Shown piece after piece: positions 13,701 through 23,113 of a stretch of 64,000 nt of DNA (the first letter of the stretch is position 1; each line of letters starts with the position of its first letter). The notes below the pieces were generated by a model that was not told the origin of the DNA, did no database searches, and saw only the letters and a list, made by a program, of their open reading frames with translations. A program made the position numbers and the translations under genes. The DNA is taken from assembly GCF_036365525.1 (NCBI RefSeq), contig NC_090371.1, positions 41,865,200 through 41,929,199 of the forward strand. The letters run 5' to 3'. The stretch comes from Heterodontus francisci (Eukaryota).

Positions 13701-13903
13701 TTCCCTAAAGGACATTTGTGAACCAGATGGGTTTTTACAACAATCGACAATGGTTTCATGGCTATCATTAGACTAGCTTTTAATTCCAGATTTATTACAT
13801 TCAAATTCCACCTTCTGCTGTGGTGGGATGCGAACCCATGTCCCTTGAGAAATGCCCTGGGTCTCTAGGTTACTAGTCCAGTGATACCAACACGCCATCG
13901 CCT
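10705..13903 (-). mobile_element. Apparently full-length, single-ORF CR1-clade LINE (APE+RT, no ORF1) with a tRNA-derived 5' head; this copy is inactivated
   Basis: APE: KVLLTNMWGL, PDIAILTKS, RQDRPTRGGG (13113-13490). RT: GPDDIP, NYRPISLLSIISKVME, QFGFR, IKAAFDRVWH, GVPQ, MFTDD. Stop at 10773. 5' end has A box TGGCGTGTTGG (13897-13887) and B box GGTTCGCATCC (13836-13826). Imperfect flanking duplication GCCTATCCCACACAT / GCCTACCCCGACAT. Confidence 0.88.
13826..13897 (-). promoter_or_regulatory. Internal type-2 RNA polymerase III promoter (A and B boxes) in the tRNA-like head
   Basis: The three heads (13903, 14003, 43224) give a consensus near TGGCGTAGTGG...CTGGACTAGTAATCCAG...GGGTTCRAATCCCACC, with an anticodon-like stem-loop and a long variable arm. 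Confidence 0.8.
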
Positions 13904-14002
13904 ACCCCGACATCCTTTTGAAAACAATGGTACAACGTCCGCAGACCTCCAATCATCTGGTACCTCCCCTGTATCTAGTGATGATTTGAAGATGATCCTC
14001 AG

Positions 14003-14108
14003 AGGTGGTGGCATAGTGGTAATGTCACTTGACTAGTAATCCAGAGTCCAGATTAATACTCTGGTGACATGGGTTCAAAATCCACCACTGCAGATGAAAT
14101 TTAAATTT
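14003..14108 (+). mobile_element. Isolated tRNA-like head of the same LINE/SINE family, fused to an HE1 SINE
   Basis: GGTGGTGGCATAGTGGTAATGTCACTTGACTAGTAATCCAGAG...GACATGGGTTCAAAATCCACCACTGCAG is homologous to 13903-13800 and 43224-43135. Confidence 0.8.
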
Positions 14109-14432
14109 GGGTGGCACAGTGGTTAGCACTGCTAGCCTCACAGCTCCAGTGACCCAGGTTCAGTTCTGGGTACTGCCTGTGCGGAGTTTGCAAGTTCTCC
14201 CAGTGACCGTGTGGGTTTCTGCCAGGTGCTCTGGTTTCCTCCCACAGCCAAAGACTTGCAGGTTGATAGGTAAATTGGCCATTATAAATTGCCCCTAGTG
14301 TAGGTCGGTGGTAGGAGAATGGTGGGGACGTGGTGGAGAATATGGGATTAATGTGAGATTAGTATAAATGGGTGGTTGTTGGTCGGCACAGACTTGGTGG
14401 GCTGAAGGGCCTATTTCAGTGCTGTATGACTG
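14109..14432 (+). mobile_element. HE1-like V-SINE
   Basis: GGTGGCACAGTGGTTAGCAC head, V-domain, and tail GGGCTGAAGGGCCTATTTCAGTGCTGTATGAC. Confidence 0.92.
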
Positions 14433-16748
14433 ACATCCACTATTTCCTCCCTGGCTTCCTTTAACAACCTGGGATGCAATCCATATGATCCTGGCAATTC
14501 ATCCACTTTCAAGAATGTCAGACCCTCTAGTACTTCCTCTCTCCTTATGCTTATCATAACTAATATTGCACACTCCTCCTCTTTAACTACAATGTCTGCA
14601 TCAACCCTCTCCTTTGTCAAGGCAGAGACAAAAAACTCATTAAGAACCCTGCCCACATCATCTGCATCCACACATAATTTCTCTTGTCCATCTGATAGGC
14701 CCGACCCTTTCCTTAGTTATCCTCTTGCTCTTAATGCACTGATTAAACATCTTTGGGTTTTCCTTGATTTTACCTGCCAATATTTTTTCATGCCCTCTCT
14801 TTGCTTTTCTAGTTTCCCTTTTGACTTCACCCCTGCACTTTCTAAACTCCTCTAGGCTTTCTAAAGTATTAAGATATCTGTGATAGTCATAAGCTTTCTT
14901 TTTCTGCTTTAACTTACCCTGTAAAATTATAGATAACCAGGGGGCTCTAGATTTGGCAGTACCACCCTTAATCTTTGTGGGGACATGTTTACACTGTGCC
15001 TGTAGTATCTCGCTTTTGAATGCCTCCCACTGGTTTGCCACTGATTTTCCTTCAAGTCGCCCTATCAAGTCCACTTTCACTAGGTTATCTCAGTTTTGTA
15101 AAATTAGCCTTCCCCCAATTCACAAACGTTGCTCCTATTTTATTTTTGTCCTTTTCCACGATTATGCCAAAACTAACTGTACTATGGTCACTATCTCCAA
15201 AATGGTCACCCACTGTTACTTCATCCACTTACCAAGCTTCATTACCGAAGACTAAATCAAGAATTGCACCCCCTCTAGTTGGGCTTGATACGCGCTGGCT
15301 AAAAAAGTTCTCTTGAACACAGTTCAAGAGTTGTGTCCCCTCTGTGCCCTTCACACTGTTGGTATCCCAGTCAATATTGGGGTAGTTGAAATCCCCAACT
15401 ATTATTTCCCTATAGTTTTTGCACTCAGAAATTTGCCTACATATTTGTTCTTCTATCTTCCTCTCACTATTTGGGATCTATAGTACACTCCTAGTAACGT
15501 GGGTCCCCCTTTTTTATTTGAGCTCCACCTGTATGTCCTCATTTGATGATTCATTTAGCATATCATCCCTTCTCAAAGCTGTTATTGATTCCTTAACTAA
15601 TAATGCGACACCCCTTCCTCTTTTTTTTTTAAATCTCCCTCTCCATCCTACCTGAAAACTCTACATCCAGGGATGTGAAGCTGCCATTCTTACCCCACTT
15701 AAAGTCACTTTTCCATTATAGCAACGATATTGTGTTGTCATGTGTCAATTTGTGCCCTCAACTCATCGCCTTTAAGTGCACTCTTGGCATTTAAATAAAT
15801 ACCCTTGAGCACAACAAATTCTTGTACTGCACACTTTTTACCTTTGCTTCTTCTGTCTTTGAGTCACTCGGTAATTTTCTGACTCCTGTTCCCTGCCCTG
15901 AAATTGTCCAATGCAAGACTGCACTCAGGTTCCCATCCCCTTGCAAAATTAGTTTAAACCATCCCCAACAGCACTAGCAAACCTTCCTGCAAGGATATTT
16001 GTCCTAGTCCTGTTCAGGTGCAGACTGTCTGGCTTGTCCAGGTCCCACCTTTCCCAGAACCGGTCCCAATACCCCAGAAATCTGAAGCCTGCCCTCCTGC
16101 ACCATTGCTCCAGCCACACATCAGTGTGGTGTATTTTCCTATTTCTATACTCACTAGCATGTGGCCTTGGGAGTAATCCAGAGATTACTGTTCACAATCA
16201 ATGACTTAATGTGGGGACCAAATATAGTATTCCCAAATTTGCAGGTGACAAAACTCAGTGGGAGTGTGTGTTGGGAGGAAGATGCAAAGCGGCTTCAAAG
16301 GGATTTGGAAAGACTTAGTGAGTGGGCAAGAATGTGGCAGATGGAATATAAAGTGGATAAATGAGAGGTTTTCCATTTTGGTAGGAGGAATAGATGGAAC
16401 AGAATATTTCTTAAATGGTGAGAGATTAGAAAGTGTAGATGTACAAAAGGGACCTGGTGTCCTGGTCAATAAGTCACTGAAATCTAACATGCAGGTGCAG
16501 CAAGCAATTAGAAAGGCTAATTGTAAGTTAACCTTTATCGCAAGAGGATTTGAGTACAGGAGTAGTGAAGTCTTGCTTCAATTGCATAGAAACTTGGTTA
16601 GACCACACCTGGAGTACTGTACGCAGTTTTGGTCCCCTTACCTTAGCAATGATATTATTGCCATAGAGGGAGTACAAAGATTCACCACAATTGTTTTTGG
16701 GATAGCAGGACTATCCTATGAAGAGGAATTGGGAAAACTGGGCCTGTA

Positions 16749-17079
16749 ACCAGGCAGCACAGTTGTTAGCACCGCAGCCTCACAGCTCCAGCAACCCGGG
16801 TTCAGTTCTGGGCATTGCCTGTGCGGAGTTTGTAAGTTCTCCCTGTGACCGCGTGGGTTTCCACTGGGTGCTCTGGTTTCCTCCCACAGCCAAAGACTTG
16901 CCGGTTGATAGGTAAATTGGCCATTGTAAATTGCCCCTAGTGTAGGTAGATGGTAGGAGAATTGAGGAAAGGTGGGGATGTGGTAGGGAATATGGGATGA
17001 ATGTAGGATTAGTATAAATGGCCGGCATGGACTCAGTGGACCTCAGGGCCTGTTTCAGTGCTGTATCTCTCTATGACTA
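16749..17079 (+). mobile_element. HE1-like V-SINE inserted in CR1 ORF2
   Basis: Head, V-domain and tail as in the other copies. TGTA duplication at 16745-16748 and 17080-17083; the host reading LGL|YSL is restored on removal. Confidence 0.92.
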
Positions 17080-17480
17080 TGTACTCTCTAGACTTTCAAA
17101 GAATGAGAGATGATCTCATTGAAACCTACAAAATACTTAAAGGGATAGACAGGGTAGATGCAGCCAAGATGTTTCCCCTGGTTGGGGAGTCTAGAACTAG
17201 GGGACACCATTTCAGAATAAGGGGGAAGCCACTTAGGACAGAGATGAGGAGAAATTTCTTTTCTCCGAGGGTTGTGAACCTTTGGAATTCTCTACCCCAG
17301 AGGGCTGTGGAAGCTCAGTCATTGAGTATATTTAAAGCAGTGATTGCCAGATTTCTAAATACAAATTACATAAGATATGAGGATAGTGTGGGGAAAAGGC
17401 ATTGAAGTGGAAGATCAGCCATGATATTGAATGGTGGTGCAGGCTCGATGGGCTGAATGACCTACTCCTGTTCCTATGCA

Positions 17481-17618
17481 ATAAAATAAAAGCAAAATAC
17501 TGCAGATTCTGGAAATCTGAAATAAAAACAAATTGCTGGAAATATTCAGCAGGTCAGGCAGCATCTGTGGAGAGAGAAGCAGAGTTAACATTTCAGGTCT
17601 GTGACCTTTCTTCAGAAG
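17481..17618 (-). mobile_element. Penelope-like element terminal-repeat fragment
   Basis: Minus strand: CTGAAGAAAGGTCACAGACCTGAAATGTTAACTCTGCTTCTCTCTCCACAGATGCTGCCTGACCTGCTGA...TTTCCAG. Related copies at 29925, 39845 and 41998. Confidence 0.7.
17580..17617 (-). ncRNA. Minimal hammerhead-ribozyme-like core
   Basis: CUGAAGA, then stem II (AGGUC-aca-GACCU), then GAAA. Minimal hammerheads are an established feature of Penelope-like element repeats. Confidence 0.55.
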
Positions 17619-18036
17619 TGGCTTAATAATGTCTTTGGCTGTTTATTGAGCCACTTCATGATGTCCTTCTCAGGACCTCCAGTTGGGCCACGGGCACAAC
17701 TAGCGGCGTGTTCCACCCATTTGTCCCTGAATTTTTCAATTGGGATCCGATAACTGGCACTGGACCCAATTTGCAAAGTTAAAGTATGGCTGTTTTAGGC
17801 AGCCCGGTTATCCTCCCTTTTACAGGACAGCCTGAATATTGCACCAGGCTAGTCTTGGGCATCGAACAGGCTATCGAGGTCTCTTTCCCCACCCCCACCT
17901 CCCCAACCAGCCTGATAGGCTGGCAGCCCCTTATTCACATGCTGTACAGGTGGACATGGTTTGAATTTCTCTCGAGTGGGTTCCATTGATGTTCACAGCA
18001 AATTTGACATTATGATTTGGTAACCAATTTGCCAAT

Positions 18037-18240
18037 TCATAGTTTCATAGTCATTTACAGCATCGAAGGTGGCCATTCAGCTCATTGAATAAACACCAGC
18101 TCTCCGCGGAGCAATCCAGTCAGTTCCACTCCCCCGTTCGATCTCCATACTCCTGAAAATGTATTTCCTTTAAGTGCCCATCCAATTTCCTTTTGAAATT
18201 ATTGATTCTTTCCACTTCGAACACCTTTGTGGGCAGCAAA
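18037..18240 (-). mobile_element. CR1 3' tail fragment
   Basis: CATAGTTTCATAGTCATTTACAGCATCGAAGGTGGCCATTCAGC is the reverse complement of a CR1 tail. Confidence 0.7.
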
Positions 18241-19115
18241 CATACAAACATGCATTTGAATTAGCAGGAGTAGGCCTCTCGGCCCCTTGAGCCTGCTCCG
18301 TCATTCAATAAGATCATGTCTGATCTGATTGTAACCTCAAGGCCACATTCCTGCCTACCCCGATAACCTTTCACTCCCCTTGCTCATCAAGAATCTATCT
18401 ACCTCTGCCTTAAAAATATTTAAAGACTCTGCTGCCACTGCCTTTTGAGGAAGAGAATTCCAAAGATTCATAACCCTGAGAAAAAAATTCTCCTCATCTG
18501 ACCCTTTATTTTTTTAAACAGTGACCCCTAGTTCTAGGTTTTCCCACAAGGGGAAACATCCTTTCCACATCCACCCTGTCAAGACCCCTCAGGACCTTAC
18601 GTGTTTCAATCAAGTCACCTCTTACTCATCTGAACTCCAGTGAATACAAGCCTAGCCTGTCCAACCTTTCCTAATACAGCCCACTCATTCCAGGAGTTAG
18701 TCAAGTAAACCTTCACTGAACTGCTTCCAACACATTTACATCCTTCCTGAAATGAGACCAATACAGTACATAGTACTCCAGATGTGGTCTCACCAACGCC
18801 TGTATAACTGAAGCATAACCTCCCTACTTTTGTATTCAATTCCCCATGCAATGATAACATTCTATTAGCTTTCCTAATTAATTGGTGAACCTGCATATGA
18901 ACCTTTTGCAATTCATGCACTAGGACCCCTCTGCATCTCAGAGCTCTGCAATCTACACCTTATTCTTCCTGCCAAAAATGGACAATTTCATATTTTCCCA
19001 CATTATACTCCATTTGCCAGATCTTTGCCCACTCACTTAACCTATCTATATCCCTTTGTAGCCTCCTTGTCCTCTTTGCAACTTACCTCCCTACCTATCT
19101 TTGTCACCAGCAAAT
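18241..19115 (-). mobile_element. Decayed CR1 LINE 3' portion
   Basis: ORF 18615-18920 has QVHQLIRKANRML; tail GCAGGAGTAGGCC..CCTTGAGCCTGCTCCG; KFA.D remnant at about 19100-19115. Confidence 0.85.
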
Positions 19116-19149
19116 TTATTTTTTATTATTTTTTATTTATTTTGTTGAG

Positions 19150-21738
19150 ATAACACGGGATGTGAGCCTAATCAAAATGAAAAAGGAAGTATTTGTAAGG
19201 GCTGGAAGGCTAGGAACAGATGAAGCACTTGAGGAATATAAAGACAGTAGGAAGGAACTTAAGCAAGGAGTTAGGAGGGCTAAAAGGGGTCATGAAAAGT
19301 CATTGACAAACAGGATTAAGGAAAATCCCAAGGCTTTTTATACGTATATAAAGAGCAAGAGGGTAACCAGGGAAAGGATTGGCCCACTCAAGGACAGAGA
19401 TGGGAATCTATGCGTGGAGCCAGAGGAAATGGGCGAGGTGCTAAGTGAGTACTTTGCATCAGTATTCACCAAGGAGAAGGACTTGGTGGATGATGAGCCT
19501 AGGGAAGGGAGTGCAGATAGTCTCAGTCATCTCATTATCAAAAAGGTGGTGGTGTTGGGTGTCTTGCAAAGCATTAAGGTAGATAAGTCCCCAGGGCCTG
19601 ATGGGATCTACCCTAGAATACTGAGGGAGGCAAGGGAAGAAATTGCTGGGGCCTTGACAGAAATCTTTGCATCCTCATTGGCTACAGGTGAGGTCCCAGA
19701 GGACTGGAGAATAGCCAATGTTGTTCCTTTGTTTAAGAAGGGTGGCAAGGATAATCCAGGAAATTATAGGCCGGTGAGCCTTACGTCAGTGGTAGGGAAA
19801 CTATTAGAGAGGATTCTTCGGGACAGGATTTACTCCCATTTGGAAACAAAGGAACTTATTAGCGAGAGACAGCATGGTTTTGTGAAGGGGAGGTCGTGTC
19901 TTACTAATTTGATTGAGTTTTTTGAGGAAGTGACGAAGATGATTGATGAAGGAAGGGCGGTGGATGTTGTCTATATGGACTTGAGTAAAGCCTTCGACAA
20001 GGTCCCGCATGGCAGACTGGTGCAAAAGGTGAAGTCACGCGGGATCAGAGGTGAGCTGGCAAGATGGATACAGAACTGGTTCAGTCACAGAAGACAGAGG
20101 GTAACAGTGGATGGATGTTTTTCTGAATGGAGGGATGTGACTAGTGGTGTTCCGCAGGGATCAATGCTGGGACCTTTGCTGTTTGTAGTATATATAAATG
20201 ATTTGGAGGAAAATGTAGCTGGCCTGATTAGTAAGTTTGCGGACGACACAAAGGTTGGTGGAGTTGCGGATAGTGATGAGGATTGTCAGAGGATACAGTA
20301 GGATATAGATCAGTTGGAGACTTGGGCGGAGAAATGGCAGATGGAGTTTAATCCGGACAAATGTGAGGTAATGCATTTTGGAGGGTCGAATGCAGGTGGG
20401 AGGTATACAGTAAATGGCAGAACCCTTAAGAGTATTGACAGGCAGAGAGGTCTGGGCGTACAGGTCCACAGGTCACTGAAAGTGGCAACGCAGGTGGATA
20501 AGGTAGTCAAGGTGGCATACGGCATGCTTGCCTTCATCGGTCGGGGCATAGAGTATAAAAATTGGCAAGTCATGTTGCAGCTGTACAGAACCTTAGTTAG
20601 GCCACACTTAGAATATTGCGTGCAATTCTGGTCGCCACACTACCAGAAGGGCGTGGAGGCTTTGGAGAGGGTACAGAGGAGGTTTACCAGGATGCTGCCT
20701 GGTCTGGAGGGCATTAGCTATGAGGAGAGGTTGGAAAAACTCGGATTGTTTGCACTGGAATGACAGAGGTGGAGGGGCGACATGATAGAGGTTTACAAAG
20801 TTATGAGCGGCATGGACAGAGTGGATAGTCAGAAGCTTTTTCCCAGGGTGGAAGAGTCAGTTACTAGGGGACATAGGTTTAAGGTGTGAGGGGAAAAGTT
20901 TAGAGGGGATGTGCGAGGCAAGTTTTTATTTTTTAAAACAGAGGGTGGTGAGTGCTTGGAGCTTGCTGCCAGGGGAGGTGGTGGAAGCAGATACGATAGC
21001 GACGTTTAAGAGACATCTTGACAAATATATGAATAGGAAGGGAATAGAGGGATATTAAATGTGGCCATTTCTTTTGTTCCTAGCACTGTAGAGGAAAACA
21101 GAAGAGTACAAGAAAACCTGTTTGTTTACCCTTCCACAATTTAGAGGTCAATTTTCCCTCCCGTTTTCCAAATTTCCCGTTTGTCTGGCAGTTCAGATCC
21201 CAGACAAGCCCCCAATTGGTTACGGCCACCTGGTGAGGGTGGTTTGCACTGTTCAACTCCCACCTGACTGCAGCAAGTATTTTTTGGTTATGAGGGTATA
21301 ACCCTAACTTGTTTTATTTGTCAAATGAACAGCTGCCTTGTGGGCGTCTCGGGAGAGACCACGGCTAAGGGAGTAAACCCTAACAGAAAATCCGGAGTGG
21401 AACCCCGTAGGCGGTCATGTGTCACCTTTGGCATGTTTCCGGCAGTTCCTGCAGCCATACCGGTGCCAAACGTCGTGCTCTGCACTCCTTTGGACCCCAC
21501 CAGAAAGGCCGAGAGGGGGGTTTTGACGCTTGGGCAACTCTCAACCTCCATACATTCGCCCAGGCATGCGCCATGGAGAGGTCACTCCATAGTTGCCTCA
21601 CAGCGACTGACACCACTGACCACCTCTAGGCGCTTACCCATTGTCTCTCGAGACAAGGAGGCCAAAGAAGAAGAAGAAGAGGGATATGGGCCCCGGAAGT
21701 GCAGAAGGTGTTAGTTTCGGCAGGCATCACGATCAGCA
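19150..21738 (+). mobile_element. Young 5'-truncated CR1 (HER1-like) LINE ORF2, interrupted by 21056-21677
   Basis: ORFs 19162-20301 and 20314-20763 are in the same frame, separated only by a point stop, and contain the full RT (NYRPVSLTS, QHGF, GVPQGS, KFADD). The 3' UTR resumes at 21678. Confidence 0.95.
21056..21677 (+). mobile_element. Non-autonomous bipartite RTE derivative (putative 5' UTR joined to RTE 3' end) with about 270 nt of extra 5' sequence
   Basis: 10-bp TSD AGAGGGATAT (21046-21055 and 21678-21687). The 3' end CCACTGACCACCTCTAGGCGCTTACCCATTGTCTCTCGAGACAAGGAGGCCAAA(GAA)n matches the RTE end at 25890-25940. No RT coding sequence. Confidence 0.8.
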
Positions 21739-22851
21739 TCAGTTAATGGGAACAGTTTTTCCGTGTCTAACTTATCTAAGCCTGTTAATCTTGTACACCT
21801 CTATCAAATCTCCCCTCAATCTCCTTTGCTCCAGGAAGAACAAACCCAGCTTTCCCAACCTAACCTTGCAACTAAAATCCTCCATCCCTGGAACCATTCT
21901 GGTAAATCTGCACACTCTCTCAAGTACCCTCGCAGCCTCCTAAAGTGTGGTGACCAGAGCTGGTTGCAATACTGTAATTGGGGCCTGACCAGAGCTTCAT
22001 AAAGGTTCAGCATAACTTCCCTGCTTTCGTACTCGATGCCTTTATGAAGCCCTTGATTCCATATGCTTTGCTAACCACTATCAATATGTGCTGCCACCTT
22101 CAAAGCTCAATACACATGCATGCCCAGGTCTCTCTGGTCCTGCACACTCTTTAGAACTATGCCATTAAGTCTATGTTGCCTCACCCTATCCCTTCAGCTG
22201 AAATACATCACCTCACACTTCCCTGTATTAAATTCCATCTTCCACTTGCCTGCCCATTTTCCTAGCCTATCTATCTCCTGTTGCAAGCGGTTTGTATCAT
22301 CCTCACTGTTTGCCACTCCAAGTTCAGTATCAGCAAATTTTGAAACGCTGCTCTGTAATCCAAGATCAAATTCATTTACATATAGCAAAAAAAGCAGCGG
22401 TTCTAGTGCTGACCCTTGGGGAACACTACTGTCTACTATCCTCCAGTCTGGAAAAACAACCATTTACCGCAACTCACTGTTTTGTCCTAAAGCCAATTTT
22501 TAAAAATCCAATTGAACACTGACCCTCCTATTCCATGAGCCTCAATTTTATCAAAATCCATATAGACATCAACTACGTCCCCTTCAACAACCTTCTGTTA
22601 TTTCATCAAAAAATTCAATTAGATTAGTCAAGCATGTTCTGCCTTTCATAAATCCATGCTGGCTCTCCTTAATTAACTCAAACCTCTCTAAGCGTCTGTT
22701 GATATTTTCCCAATTGTTGCTTCTAAAACCTTACCCACCACTGATGTTAAACTAATTGGTCTGTAATTACTAGGAATGAACATACATCCATTCTTGAATA
22801 AGTGTGTCACATTTGCCACTCTCCAGTCCTCTGGCACCTCCCTCATATCTT

Positions 22852-23113
22852 TTAGAATTAGAATTAGAACATTACAGCGCAGTACAGGCCCTTCGGCCCT
22901 TGATGTTGCGCCGACCTGTGAAACCATCTGACCTACGCTATTCCATTTTCATCCATATGTCTATCCAATGACCACTTAAATGCCCTTAAAGTTGGCGAGT
23001 CCACTACTGCTGCAGGCAGGGCGTTCCACACCCCTACTACTCTCTGCGTAAAGAAACTACCTCTAACATCTGTCCTATATCTATCACCCCTCAACTTAAA
23101 GCTATGTCCCCTC
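22852..23113 (-). mobile_element. Short young CR1 3' end with (TTCTAA)n tail
   Basis: RGHSFKLRGDRYRTDVRGSFFTQRVVGVWNALP; plus-strand tail TTAGAATTAGAATTAGAAC. Confidence 0.85.

Larger units (their letters stand above)
9316..16187 (-). mobile_element. CR1 LINE (5'-truncated within ORF1) inserted into the preceding CR1 and itself interrupted at 10705-13903 and 14003-14432
   Basis: ORFs 9471-9947, 9920-10192, 10128-10553 (YMDFSKAFD, GVPQGSVLGP, KFADD), 14411-14671 and 14658-15080; esterase remnant VISGLLP near 16170-16187; tail at 9316-9350. Confidence 0.92.
7095..17480 (+). mobile_element. Near-full-length CR1 LINE (ORF1 esterase C-terminus plus ORF2 APE/RT); outermost host of a nested stack, own sequence at 7095-9315, 16188-16748 and 17080-17480
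   Basis: HWDQF.GRWDLYK.DGLH..TGTNIL...GEGLN* to 7280; APE motifs VYRPP, GDFN, SDHN; RT motifs NYR..SLTS, QHGF, YLDFQKAFDKV, GVPQGS. GPQLF|TI is split by an insertion with a CTGTT duplication (9311-9315 and 16188-16192). Confidence 0.92.

Noticed and set aside
13800-13903. Functional tRNA gene (also the heads at 6374, 14003, 14109, 16749, 28645, 43224)
   Set aside because: The cloverleaves are degenerate and run straight into SINE/LINE bodies; they are retroposon heads.
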